Made by a program: the position numbers and the translations under genes. The notes under the pieces were generated by a model. It was not told the DNA's origin, did no database searches, and worked only from the letters and a program-made list of their open reading frames with translations. Shown here piece by piece: positions 49,590 through 64,000 of a stretch of 64,000 bases of DNA (positions are counted from its first letter, which is position 1; every line of letters starts with the position of its first letter). This DNA is from the human T2T-CHM13v2.0 reference genome, Homo sapiens: NCBI RefSeq assembly GCF_009914755.1, contig NC_060928.1; one strand, written 5' to 3'.

Positions 49590-52500
49590 TACTAGTATTA
49601 GAATTGAGATAGGTGCGATTACTACATATGCTAAAAACATTAGAAGTTGATAATGAATTCATGGTATAAACACTCAGATCAATAAATTTGTAAACAGGAA
49701 TTTAGAAAAATGGACAAATTGTTTGAAAAGTTCAAGTTAAACCAATAAACATGAGATTAAATACAAAATCTTAACAGCCTTTTATCTCTTAAATAAATTG
49801 TATTTATTATTAAAATCTTTCCCCACAAAAATTTCAGAGGTTTACACTGGTGAATCCTGGAAAGGTTAAGAAATTAATTCATACCAATGTTACACAACTT
49901 TTTTTGTAAAACAGAGGAAGAAGGGCTACCTCTGAACATATGTTATGAAGTCAGTGAAAGCTTGACGTAAAAACATAACAAACACATTACTACAATAGAA
50001 AATTATAGACCCTCATGAATAACTCTCCTGAATACAGAAAAAAGTCATTAATAAAATACTAGCAATTGAAAGCACCAAAATATGTAAGTAAATAAATATG
50101 TATTTATTTATTTACATATGTGTATATATATATATAATGACCAAGTGGAGTTACCATTGGGGTGAAAAGTTAGTTTAATCCTTGAAAACTGTACAATTTA
50201 ATCTTCTAAGTTAAGAGAATGATTTAATTATACTAGCAGATGAAGGCAAACAATTTGATAATGGTGTTTCATTAATATAATCTGTTACGTAATTCAATAT
50301 ATTATAAAAACAGAAAGCTGGCAAAAAAGTTTAGAAAATTTTTATTTAAGAATCAATTCCAGGTATACTCCACATTACTTAAACCTGAGTATATGTGTGT
50401 GTATTTAAGTAGTACAATTTGTACTCCCCACCCCTCACATTGTGATGCTTGACATTTCTGTGAAGGACATCAGAACAATCTATAAATATAAAGCTGGGAA
50501 CAGACGTGAGGCTTTCTTATTTTTATCCAGGAAGCCAAGGTTGCCTTGTATTATAAAAATAATTAACTACAGTGAAAGACAATAAAAGTCATAAACTATC
50601 TCAATAACTGCTGAAAAAATTACACTTTTGACAGAAAAGAATCATTGATGATAACATTCTAGCACACTCGGAATAAAATAAACATCTTTTATCTGCCAAC
50701 AGGTATATTCAAAACATCTAAAGTATACATCATACTTCAGAGACAAACTCTGAAAACTTACTTTTGAGATATGTAAGAAAAGAAAAGTTTCCATTAACAT
50801 AACTTTCATTGAATTTTGTACTGGATTTTCCAGGTGGTACAATAAGTCAAGGAAAATAAATAAAAGTATGGAGACAGGCAGGAAACAACCATATTAGTAT
50901 TGGCAGATGTTATCACTATTTAAAGACACATGTTCACTGCAATTTTTATTTCAACATTTATGTTGAATTAGATTACATAAATTATCCTACATTTTAATTT
51001 TTTAATGAAATATTTGTACTCAAATATTTTATGATTATTGTTAATATTATTTACAATTTTCATATTGGTTAAATAATTTTCCTGTTTGTTAAAATTTTAT
51101 TATACAATGAAGTGATATATATTTAGTGGGGTCAGTCCCTATGTAATTTTTGATAACATTTTCTCTAGATTAATTTTAGGTTTAGATTTTATCAGTGATT
51201 TTTTTTTCTGTGACACAACTGCTTATGAAAGAAAAAATTAAATTATGGTGTTGTATTTAGTATCTAAAACTATTTCTGGCATGATATGATACTTCAAATC
51301 AGTGATAAATATCTGTTTATTTCTACTTAAAAAGCCTACCGCTTTTTCATTAAGTAGCATCCATACTTCAGAGAAGAGTTCTGTGAATTATCTTGCATTT
51401 TTTATTCAAAATGTTTTAATTTAACATACTTGAAATATTTGACATAGTAAAACTTCCAGGACTTGCTTATACATTTGATAATTTATTAATTCTTTTTAAA
51501 GAAATTTATATAGTTCTTAGCAGTTAAATTTGCAAGGCAAACTTTAGAACACCATATTAATGAATGTATGAAAGTAAAAATTTCCAATACTATTTATATA
51601 CTGTTTTTCATAAGACAAAGACAATGGAGAAAAATGCTTCCACATGAGAGAAAAGATAGCTATAACCAATTAAGAAATTACATTTGAAGCAATTAGTAAA
51701 GAATAACAACAGCCACTTTATTCATAGTCTGAATTTTGCTTGCCTACCAAATTGAAGTGTGGACCTCTGCACTGTACTGACCTAACATCCCTTTATTATT
51801 ACAATTTCTTATATCATAGAAATACATGCCAAATTTGAAAACCTAAATGACTTCTGATTCCAAAAACCAAACAGGATCACTATTTTTTGACATTTTAATT
51901 TGTCCCTTTACGTATGTATCCATAGATAATAATTTAATTTGATTTTAAGAATTAGAGTTTAGGATACCTTCTGAATAATAATTCAGGGAATAATTTGAGA
52001 ACACACAGAATTATCTAAACTTACAATTTGACAATTTTGATTAAATGTATATTTATCATTTATAATATAAATTTATTAAAAGTTCCTTTATATTATAGAG
52101 CTACAGATTATAGGCGTACATTTTTTAATTATAATACTAAAAACTTTAATACATGATTGTAAATTTATTATGATTGTATGCTCTTCATATTAAAAACCTT
52201 AAAATACTCCATTTCAAAATAGAAAACCTTATACTGTTTGAGAAAAAAAAATATTATCTACCACTCTGCAATAAGTTAAGCATCTAGAATGAGGAAGAAC
52301 GATACTATTCCAAGATTAAAATAAGTATTACCTTTTCTAATATATTTTTGCATTTTAGTGCACATATTTTTATCTTTATCAACCAGTATATGTTTTGTAG
52401 ATACTGCTGAATTTGGACATATTTGCTGTATGCCAAACTTTAGTTCCAGATTCTATGCAGAAGTCCTACCGGAAGCAGCAGAGAAGCCGGTGCTACAGTG

Positions 52501-52771
52501 AACAATATGTAAACCCTTTTTTGGGGACCATTTTGTCCAGCATCAACAGCAGCTGAACTAGGTGTTGTATTAGGAAATACCAGTTTGCCATTCTAGGATT
52601 CTATGATGGTTAATAGTATACAGTATTGTTCAATAATGGGATAACAGAAGAAAATATCTGTCATATGGAACAATAGTACTCAAAAAGTTCCTTTTAATCA
52701 CATGCAAATTTACAGTCAATAAATTAACAATGTTTCTATAGGTACTAGTTTAATATCAGTATTTCACAGTA

Positions 52772-55124
52772 CAAGCTTACTTTGCTTTATTATGCTTTAC
52801 AGATATTGCAATTTTTACAAACGAAAAGGTTCTGGTAACTCAGCCTTGAGCAAGTTTATAGGCACCATTTTTCCTACAGTATGTGCTCACTTCATGTCTC
52901 TGTGTCACATTTTGATAAGTCTCACAATATCTCCAACTTTTTTGTTATTATTATATTATGGTGATTGTGATCAGTTATCATTGATGTTAATATTGTCATT
53001 GTTTTCGGTTGCCATGAACTACATGCCTAAAATGTGGCAAACAATTGGTAAAAATTGCGTGTGTTCTTAATTGAAAAATGTGTGCTTCACCGACTGGCCA
53101 ATACTTCATCTCTCTCACTATCCTCAGGCCTCCCTATTCCCTAAGACACAAATTTTAAAACTAGGCCAACAATAGCCTTACAATGACCTCTAAGTGTTTA
53201 AGTGAAAGGAAGAGTCACACACCTCTCATTTTAAATCAAAAACTAGAAATGATGAAGGTAAGTGGGAGAGGCATGTTGAAAGCCGAAACAGGTCAAAAGC
53301 TAGGGTTCTTGTGCCCAACATCCAAGTTTTAAATGCAAAGGAAAAGTTCTTGAAGGAAATTAAAAGTGCAATTTCAATAAACACACAAAAAATAACAAAG
53401 CGAAACAGGTTTATTGATGATATAGAGAAAGTTTGAGTGGTCTGGATAGAAGATCAAACCACCCACAACATTCCCTTAAGACAAAACTAATCCAGAGAAA
53501 GGCTGTAAATCTCTTCAATTTTATGGAGGCTGAGATATATGAAAGCACAGAGAAAATTTGGAAGCTTTTCTTCTGTAAGAAAGAGGTTAGTTCATGGAGT
53601 TTAAGGAAAAAAGCCACTTCCATAATGTAAAAGTGCATGGTGACACGAATGCTGATGTAGAAGCTGCAGCAAGTTATCCAGAAGAGCTAGCTAAGATCAT
53701 TGATGAAGCTGACTACACTACACAAAATATTTTTAATGTAGACAAAACCATCTTGTGATGGGCGAAAATACCATTTAGGACTTGTAGTTAGAGAGAAGAC
53801 AATGTCTGTCTTTAAAGCTTTAAAAAACAGGCCGATTCTCTTGTTAAGGGCTAATGCACTCGGTGACTTTGAATTGAAGCCAATGCTTATTTATTATTCT
53901 GAAAATCCTAAGGCCCTAAGAATTATTCTAAATCTACTCTGCCTGTGCTTCTTAAATGGAACAACAGCCTGGATCATAGCACATCTGTTTAAAGCATGGC
54001 TTACTGAATATTTTAAGCCCACTATTGAGACATACTGCTCATAAAAAAATAAAAAACGATTCCTTTCAAAATATTACTTCTCATTGACAACGCACCTAGT
54101 CATCCAGGAGCTCTGATGGAGATGTGCAAGGATATGAATCTTGCTTTTATGATTGCAATCACCACATTCATTCTGCAACACATGGATCAAGAATAATTTT
54201 TCATTTCTAGTCTTATTATTTAAGAAACACATTTTGTATGGCTACAGCTGCCACAGGAACATCTGGGCATGATAAATTGAAAATCTCTTGGAAAGGATTC
54301 ACCATTCTTGATGCCGTTAAGAACATTCATGATTTATGCCAGAAGGTCAAACATTTATATTAACAGGAGTTTGGAAGAAGTTGAATCCAATCCTCATGGA
54401 TGGCTTCAAAGGGTTCAAGAGTTACAGATGTGATGCAAATAGCAAAACTAGAATGAGAAGTGGAGCCTGAAGATGTGAATGAGTTGCTACAGTAGCACTA
54501 TAAAAGTTGAACAGATTACTTGCTTTTTATGGATGAGCAAACAAAGAGGTTTCCTGAGATGCAACCTACTGGGGAAGATGCATGAAAATTGTTTAAATGA
54601 CAAAAAATGATTTAGGAGATTATGTAAACTTAGTTGATAAAGGGTTTAAGATAATTGACTTCAATTGTGAAAGAAATTCTACTGTGTGTAAAACACTATG
54701 AAAAGTATCATATGCTGCAGAGAAATCTTTCAAAAAGAGTCGATTGATGCAGCAAACTTCACTGTTGTCTTATTTTACAAAATTGCCACAGCCACCCCAA
54801 TTTTCAGCTTCTACCACTCTGCTCAGTCAGCAGCCATCAACACTGAGGCAAGATCCTCCACTAGCAAAAAGAGTATGACTTGCTGAAGGCTCAGATAATT
54901 GTCAGCCACTTTAGAAATAACATACTTTTAATTCAGGCATTTACATTTATATTTTATACATAATGCCATCGTACTTAATACACTTAATAGAATACATTAT
55001 AGTATAAATATAACTTTTATATGCACTGGGAAACCAAAACAATTTGTGTGACTCTCTTTATTGCAATATTTGTTTTAATGTGATGGTCTATAACCAAACC
55101 TTCAAGATCTCCGAGGCATGCCTG
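52772..55124 (+). mobile_element. Near-full-length Tigger1 (TcMar-Tigger) with decayed transposase
   Basis: ta|caagcttac...ccgaggcatgcctg TIRs; ATG at 53183 gives MTSKCLSERKSHTPLILNQKLEM and then frameshifts; DDE-region remnants ([30 protein letters not shown]). Confidence 0.95.
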
Positions 55125-55574
55125 AAAGTCTAGAAAATGTGTTTTTGTTAGATACCTTTTTACAAAAGTATAGAAGCTCAAAAATCTTAATGGTTTATTA
55201 CAGAATATTAACTTTTAATAATTCACCAGATATTTATACCCATTACTACACTGCCTAAGTCAAAAGTAGTGTACAACCAGATAATTTCCCATATGACAAT
55301 TTTGAATATCATGAAATATTTTTCTGGAATATTAAAGTGAAAGTTGACTAAAATAAAAGCATTTTAGTCTATATATTAAAAAATCTTATAATTTTACATC
55401 TGATATAAAATTATTAAGAAGAATTTTGATATATACTGTCACGGTCATACAGACACAGACTTTGGAATAATTTTATGATAGTAACATATGCCAATATAAC
55501 TCATTTCTCATTCAAATCCAATACACACAAAAGAATTAGCCATGAATGGAAACATTCCCACACAGACAAAATAG

Positions 55575-55790
55575 TACAATTTTGGAACCAACAAATCTAG
55601 CTTTTAATTCTTGCTTTACCTCTTGCTTTCCTTTTGGTTAAATAAGTCCCTGAGCCTCAGTTTTCTCAGACATAAATGGGGAAAGATGCCCCTTTCCATA
55701 CAATATTTGTATGATAATTAAAGGAACAAATCAATATAGCACACATTCACACTGTGTCTGGCATGTGATAGGCACTCAAAAATGTTAATT
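55575..55790 (+). mobile_element. MIR
   Basis: ctgagcctcagttttctc...ctgtgtctggcatgtgataggcactcaa. Confidence 0.75.
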
Positions 55791-56913
55791 CTCTTCCCCA
55801 TAAGTTTCTAACATTTTTATACAGACTTAATTGAAAAATCTATAATCTCTATATTTTTACTTGTGTAGATTATTCTAGTTGTAGTAAATTATTTTAAAAA
55901 GCAAGAAAAAATTGAAATTAAAGTATCAGTGGGGTCCTGATTAGTCTAAAGGTCTTAGATGGATATGTTACACTCCAACCAGAAATATGACAGCCTTGAT
56001 AAAAACGGCTTAAAGGAAACACACAAATTGCAGCTCCATTTTTAAAATTATGTCTAAAAATTAATATATATAACATAATATCAGAGTATAATTATTTTAC
56101 TTTTTCAGATTAACCAAGGATGAATGATAGTCATATTACTTTTAATGTGCAGAGAGATGCCAAAAAGGACATCTGAGATCACGTTAGCCCGTTAAGTGTA
56201 ACATTAAATCCCAATGAAATTTAGGTTTGAATTTTACAATGCATCTCAATCTGAAACCTCCATTACTAATTGGTAATTTATTCCTTTTAACTTCCTATCA
56301 GGTTGGCCCTGCCAATCTTATTCCCTTGATCACAATTTTTCACTTGCTCATTTCTAATGTCAAGATTCAGACTACTAATGGACAGCCATGAAATTCTGCT
56401 GCCTGGCTGTACTATGAAAGTCACTGATCTCCAGGAATAATAAAGGTCTGTATATTTTATTAATTGGTTAGCATATTCAACTCAATAGTATTTATTAAAA
56501 ACTTTCTATACACTTATAATTTTGGTATTTATTATAGGGTTATAATTTCTCAAAGAGCCTGAGATTTAGTGGAGGAGCTAAAGCAACACATCTATAGGTA
56601 TGTGTTAGACAAAGTAGAAAGAAATGACATCAATTATTATTTAAAACTAAGTTTGCTTTGTCCCTGAAGAGCAGTGATTTTCATGGTACACACAGGCAGC
56701 AGAACCCTGTGGCTGTCCAACGTAAGTCTCACCACAAGCTGTTTCTGCTTCCTTCATGTTTTGACTGACCTACTACCACATACTACTCTAACTCCAGCTC
56801 TGTTTTCTGTTCCAAGTTACAATGAACATTTCCAAACATAATTTTACTAGTAAGGAAGAGTGAAAACACAAGAGACAAAATGAAAATCAATGAAGTTATA
56901 GTAAATTAAATAA

Positions 56914-57209
<296 letters not shown>

Positions 57210-57286
57210 CATAAAATGTTTTTAATGAAAGAAGCATCTTGGAGGGAAGAAAATGGGATTTTTTTCCCCTAAGCCATAGCTATGTA

Positions 57287-57989
57287 TGTTTTTGGCCGAG
57301 TCAGTTCACACCAAAATTATTATCAGCCCCAAATTATTGGGCTCCTGGTCAAATACTCATGTGTGAACCTTTAGGCCTGACTACGGGAAATTACAAAGGC
57401 TTTACCTGGCAGGTCTCAGAGGGGAAAGCTATCCCCTGAACGACAGAGTTGGCGCACAGCCAGTGCGAGGCTGTCTATGATGGGACTTCCAGTCGGAGGC
57501 TCAGGACCTCCTGGCCGGCCATTCTCTTATGCATATCTTCATTCCTAGCCCAGGGGCCTATAGTGGAGTCTTCCTCAGACACTGCAGCCGAGGCCTCTTA
57601 ATGGGGGAATCGGGGAGAACTAGGAGACACTTTCCTCCACTAGGTTTCAGTACTTTTTCTTTCCTAGCCCTTACTCCTTCTTCCCCTCCCCTTCCTGCCC
57701 CTCCGTTCCAGGTCCATAAAACTGCGGGACCCTTCTGTTCAGCTTCACTGTGCAGTGAGGTGACTCACCATGTTTGTGCTAATCCAGCTTACCCTTTACT
57801 GGTGCTGTTTCACGTGGGAAAATGAACAGTGCGGTGAGTTACTGCCAGCTCTCATTTAGCCTCTGGCTCATATTTTCGTACTAAATGATCACAGTCTTGA
57901 CTGTTGCTTTCGTCTTGGTTTGTGTTTTCTATCAGCTACTATGGCACCTGGCAGTACAGCTCTCTCCAGGTCAGCTCAAGCCCTTGAAA
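57287..57989 (+). mobile_element. ERVL solo LTR, MER74-like
   Basis: ~700-bp GC-rich block starting tgtttttggccgagtcagttcac and ending cagctc...cttgaa, with cataaaa TATA-like at ~57715. Family assignment is from recall. Confidence 0.55.
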
Positions 57990-58904
57990 ATATGTGCTTT
58001 TATGAGCCTTTCTTGTTTGTGAAGTAGAGACAGCAATAACTTTCTCATCATAAGTATAGCCAATGATATATGTGGATTTCCTAAGATAAAACTGGCACTG
58101 TAATTTCAAAACCACAATTGTAACTGGAAATTTGAAGGATCAGAAAAAGAGTTAATGACAGTGATTGGCTATATCACTAACTTTAAATATTGGTTAAGTA
58201 TGTCTCCACAAAGATGAATAATAAATATTATGACTTCAAACTACACATGGTTTACTCAATTGCCTCAAAGTCAACATATGCGTAAGAAAACTATATTACG
58301 ATTCCAACAGAAAACCAATTAACAAAATTATTCTATTTCTACCAATGGTGCTATCATTCTTTGAGTCACATGGCCCCAAAATATTATTTACTTGTATTTT
58401 GTGTCTGCTTTTGTCCTCATCTGTTGACAGAACTTTGCTTTACATGAACTTGTCATAGAAACAAATTCTTTCTTATAACTTTTAACTGTTTTCTTAACAG
58501 GAATCTGACACAAATGCTCTTCTGCGTTTTTCCAATATTCTCATAATGTAATTGTTCAATGATAAATAATCAAGCAAAATATAAGCAAATTAACTCATTA
58601 TATGCCATGTTAATTGATTCAATGTACCTGGCATTTTTTTGTATTGATTTAGGTTCAAGAAAATAGATTCTTCACCGGTGCCTTATACCAAGATCCACTA
58701 CAGCAATGTAATTGTTGATTCTATGCCCTGAGAATAATATATGCCCATTTCTACCTTCATAACAAAGTCCCTAAAATTAGAGTTTTCTCATATTCCTTTA
58801 GAATTATTCTACCTCTTCTTGTCTTTCAAGAATAAAGTTTGAATTTCATCAATAAATTGCTTAGTCCCCAGTTCATAATCTGTTCTTCTATTAATAATTC
58901 ATGC

Positions 58905-59198
58905 GGCCCGGCACGGTCATGCCTGTAATCCTAGCATTTTGGGAGGCCAAGGCAGATGGATCACTGGGGTCACAAGTTCGAGAGCAGCCTGGCCAATATG
59001 GCAAAAACCCATTTCTACTAAAAATACAAAAATTAGCCAGGAATGGTGGCAGGTGCCTGTAATTCCAGCTACTCAGGAGGGTGAGGCAAGAGAGTCACTT
59101 GAACCCAGGGGGCAGAGGTTGCAGTGAGCCTAGATCGTACCATTTCACTCCAGACTGGACGAAATAGTGAGATTCTGTCTCTAAATAAATTAATAAAT
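58905..59198 (+). mobile_element. AluS (small 5' deletion)
   Basis: TSD aataattca on both sides. Confidence 0.93.
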
Positions 59199-59663
59199 AA
59201 TTCAGATGACACATAACACTAATTTGGCACTTGATGCTATATTATTAGATTTATTTAGTTATATGACTAGTATTCAGGGTGCCATAGAACCTCTTTTGAC
59301 ACACAAATTACTACAAAATTTTGACTGGACAACACTAATAACAAATGAAAAGGTTTAAATTACATTTTTATTATTCATTGAAGAAAAATAGTTTCAAATT
59401 TGCAAAAGTACCTAAATAGAGTTGGTAATTAAGGACATTTTACAAGAAATTCTAGTATAGTATTTATGTGGGAACTCAGGTAAAGCATTTTCCTACCATT
59501 TCTCATTTAAAGTTCCTTCAATTTAGAAGTACACTGAAGCTATATTTGGTTCATGTAAAATTTATCTTAGCATATAGAAAATCAACTCCAAATTTAATAA
59601 TTATTTTCAATTGAGTGACTTTTCCACTGCACAGAAGTAAATTTTTAAGAGAAAGATAGATTC

Positions 59664-59971
<308 letters not shown>

Positions 59972-60750
59972 GAGAGAAAAATAGATTCAAGTTAACATGG
60001 GGGCAATAATACATTTAGACATTGGTGTGTAGTTTTTCAAAGTCCTAAAAATATGTATCATTTAATGGCCAAATAACATGGCTAAGTAAATAACCTGGCC
60101 ACATATAACTTTGTGTAAATGCAATTGTATTCTATTGATTATTCTTCTACAATTATAACTTGTGCATTTAACTCTGTGAATTTATGTCAAGAAAACACAT
60201 TCTCTAAAACTAATAGTCTGAGTTAAAAGAAAGAGTTTTTTATTGATTTCTGTGTTTTTTAGAAGGTGAATATTACATATTCTTATGAAATATGTATTGG
60301 AGTTATATACACTATTTCTAATTTGCTTACAAGTTGATTTGTTAGTATTTTCATTAATAAAATATTCAAATAAAATAGGTTAAACTCTTAGAAAATAAAC
60401 AAGGGAATTTAAACGAGGACCAAAGAAATAGAGTAAAAGTTCTTATGAGGGACAGAAAACTAAATCTTATTAAATTTTCACTATCTACCTCGTTTTATTC
60501 TAAAGATGTATGTTTCATTTAATATATTTTTTGTTCACAAATCTCTAAGGCAAGTGGCTAGAATGGATTTTGTTTTCCTTATAAGTAAGAAGGTTGTTAT
60601 TTAGAATGATTGTTTCTTTTGCTAACATCCTGTTACCTAGCAAATGATAGCACAATGTTTCTAAAATAGGTATTTCATAGGTGCATATCTCTTTTAGGCC
60701 CGGGGTCACGTTGAAGTTGCTAAATTTATTAAAATAGCAAAAATATTTAG

Positions 60751-61215
<465 letters not shown>

Positions 61216-61934
61216 TAGCTTCCCCTTTTATTCAGTTAAATTAAGAGTATATCTTTCTAAAATATCATGCTAGAGTGTTTAGTAACTAGATGTATGGAGC
61301 TGAAAACATTGTTGAAATGAAATTTTAAAACAGTAAAAACACAAATGCAAAGCAAATATAAAATGAGCATGAGACAACAGTTTATTTAATTCATTAATCA
61401 GAACACTAGCAAGATAATAAAGCTAGTTCAAAGTCTTTTTGAGGAGCAGAGATGTATGTAATTTGAAAAAGATATGTTAAAGTAAGTTTGTTATGTTAAA
61501 CACAAAGCTGGTTAATGTCCTACAGGGCAATGTAACAATTATTTTGGAGTTACCTTTCTATAGAATAGGATCATTTAAATCTTTGTTGGACAACGTATAC
61601 ACAAATCAACATTCTTATTCACAGAATCTGTTCCTAATCAAAAGTTAATGTCCAAACAAAGCTATATCCCTAGACAATTAAATAGTTTCTGGATGGGAAT
61701 GTTAGACCATGCTCCAATATGACTTTGAAAGCTTTGTCACCCATTTGTTCATTTCCAAGTGGTGATGTTTTCTTAGTAAAATTTGCAGGTGAACAGGAGA
61801 GATAATAATACAAAACTTTCAAGTATCAAGACCTCCTTTCCTAAAGAAAGGGAGAGACATTATTTAGAGCTGTTGACTTTAAGGCATTAGCCAAAAGATA
61901 GCCCTCTATTTGCTCTAACCTAAGCTATAAATCA

Positions 61935-62618
61935 ATCATCCAGCAACCTCACTACTGAATTTGTATCCTAAGGAAGTGAAATCAGTATCTTGACAAGATA
62001 TCTGCACCTTCAATGTTTATTACAGCATTAGTCACAATAGCCAAGGTATGTAAACCAACAAAATATCCATCAACTGACAAATGGATAAAGAAAATACAGT
62101 ATAAATATTAAATGATAGGTTATCCAATCTTAAAAAAACAGGAACACCTGCTGTTTGTGACAATATCCATGAACCTGGAAAACATTATGCTAAGAGAAAT
62201 AAGTCAGATACAAAAAGACAAGTACCCTATGATTTTACATATATGTGGAATGTAAAAAAGCTGAACCAATAATCAGAGAGAGTAGAATGGTGGTTGTCAG
62301 GAACTGGGGATGAGAAAAATGGGAGGACATTGTTCAAAGGGTACGAAGTTTCTATTATGCAGGATGATTGAATTATTGAGATCCAATGAACAGATTGGTG
62401 ACTATAGGTAATCATGTTTTATTGTTAAGAGAATATGCTAATTATTATCATCACACACACACAAAATGGTAACTCTGTGAGGTAATGGATATCTTAATTA
62501 GCTTGATTGTGGTAATCCTTTCGCAATGTATATGTGTATCAAAATATCACATTATATGTCATAAATGTATACTACAATTTTTATTTGTCAATTATACCTC
62601 AATAAAGCTGAAAAAAAT
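61935..62618 (+). mobile_element. L1MA8/9-like 3' end
   Basis: gatatctgcacc, gaacctggaaaacattatgctaag, aattagcttgattgtggtaatc, gtcaattatacctcaataaagctg followed by A. Confidence 0.88.
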
Positions 62619-62676
62619 CTTGTAATTGAAACTATGTTTGTCTCAGTTTGATTTTCTCCTAAAAATCATATCTACT

Positions 62677-62978
62677 GGCTGGGCGCAGTGGCTCACCCCT
62701 GTAATCCCAGCAATTTGGGAGGCCGAGGCAGGCAGATCACAAGGTCAGGAGTTCAAGACCAGCCTGGCCAAGATGGTAAAACCCTATCTCTATTAAAAAT
62801 ACAAAAAAATTAGCCGGGCGTGGTGGCAGGCGCCTGTAATCCCAGTTACTCAGAAGGCTGAGGCAGAGAATTGCTTTAACCTGGGAGGCGGAGGTTCCAG
62901 TGAGCCGAGATGGCATCACTGTACTCCAGCCTGGGCGATAGAGTGAGACTCTGTCTCAAAACAAACAAACAAACAAAA
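62677..62978 (+). mobile_element. AluSg-like
   Basis: TSD aaaatcatatctac / aaaattatatctac. Confidence 0.95.
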
Positions 62979-64000
62979 TTATATCTACCTGCTATACAAA
63001 ATGTCAATTCACTGAAAATTAGCTTCGTTTTTGATGTTGGAGTTGTTTCTTGTTACAAATTAAAAAAAAAAAATCCATCTAGCAAATCTAACATCATATA
63101 ATACAAAATATTTCCCACACCATAAACTTATACATATCTGTTGACTCTTTGTAAATACTCATTGATGAAGTTGTTTAAAACATCCATTCAAGTTAACTCA
63201 TTAGAATTAACTACAGCATGGTAGAATAGAAATAAGTAAAAGAGGGATGGCTATCTTTCTTATGAACAACTACTGATTCATTACGTCTAGACAAAAGTTG
63301 TAACAAAATATTGCAATTTCTCCACTGAAAGAAATGTTATACATCATGATAATGTCAGTATAAAGATGCTTGAATATTGGCTATAATTTGAGAACATTTA
63401 CTAGATATATCCACCATAAATGCAATTCATTTTCAGGAGTAAAAAGCAGTAATTTGTAAACAGTTGCCAACAAACATATTTCTAATACAACTTTGATTTC
63501 ACATACCTCTGCATCAACAAATTCCTTAACTGGGAAAAACAATCCTTTTTTCTGTTAATTGTGTTTTTGTTCCCTTGTGTAATTTTAGTAACATACGTAG
63601 TTACGGAGAAAAGATATGATAGTACCCAATGTCTTCCAAAACTCTGGTAATTGACAGCAAAAAAAAAAAAAAATCCTTGAAGGAAAGGTAAAATTGAATT
63701 TCATTATATAACTTATTTTCTCTTCTGATTAATCACTTCTAATAGTTTTAAATTTCTGTCTCAAAGCATCAAAACACTCTGAATTATACTGTTAATGGTG
63801 TATATGGATACTATTAAAGAACATAAAAATCTATGAAACTGTTTCTTTATTTTGAGTTTGAGTCAAACTGTACCCAAAGGAGCAAGATAAGGCAAATAAG
63901 AATCAAATATAACTGTTAAAGTAATTAGGTGTCTTTCTATATTAAACATTATCCATAATCTCTTGCCCCTTCAATCATGTAAGAAGATTTTGACTTTTTG

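Noticed and set aside
53183-54900. Domesticated Tigger transposase (TIGD-like gene)
   Set aside because: Multiple frameshifts and stops, and the TIRs are retained; a fossil element.

Overview
AT-rich, repeat-dense primate (human-like) genomic DNA. The only host coding sequence I can support is one 121-bp internal exon on the minus strand (15019-15139; [40 protein letters not shown]). I recognise it as part of an Ig-like domain of FSTL5 (follistatin-like 5), so the rest of the window is most likely FSTL5 intron. The ORF track misses this exon, and its long ORFs are L1, Alu or Tigger1 remnants or chance ORFs. The introns hold about 21 Alus, three independent 5'-inverted (twin-primed) L1PA insertions, several old L1M/L2/MIR relics, MaLR and ERVL LTRs, a near-full-length Tigger1 and a MADE1 (miR-548-type) hairpin. 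I see no new multi-gene system. The most interesting signals are small: a 38-nt candidate poison exon with consensus splice sites, an Alu/L1-stub chimera with possible 3' transduction, an octamer/Sox-Oct cluster created by duplication, a reused L1-endonuclease site and an AluY trimer. Repeat subfamily calls come from recalled consensus motifs, not a RepeatMasker run, and boundaries of old repeats are approximate.
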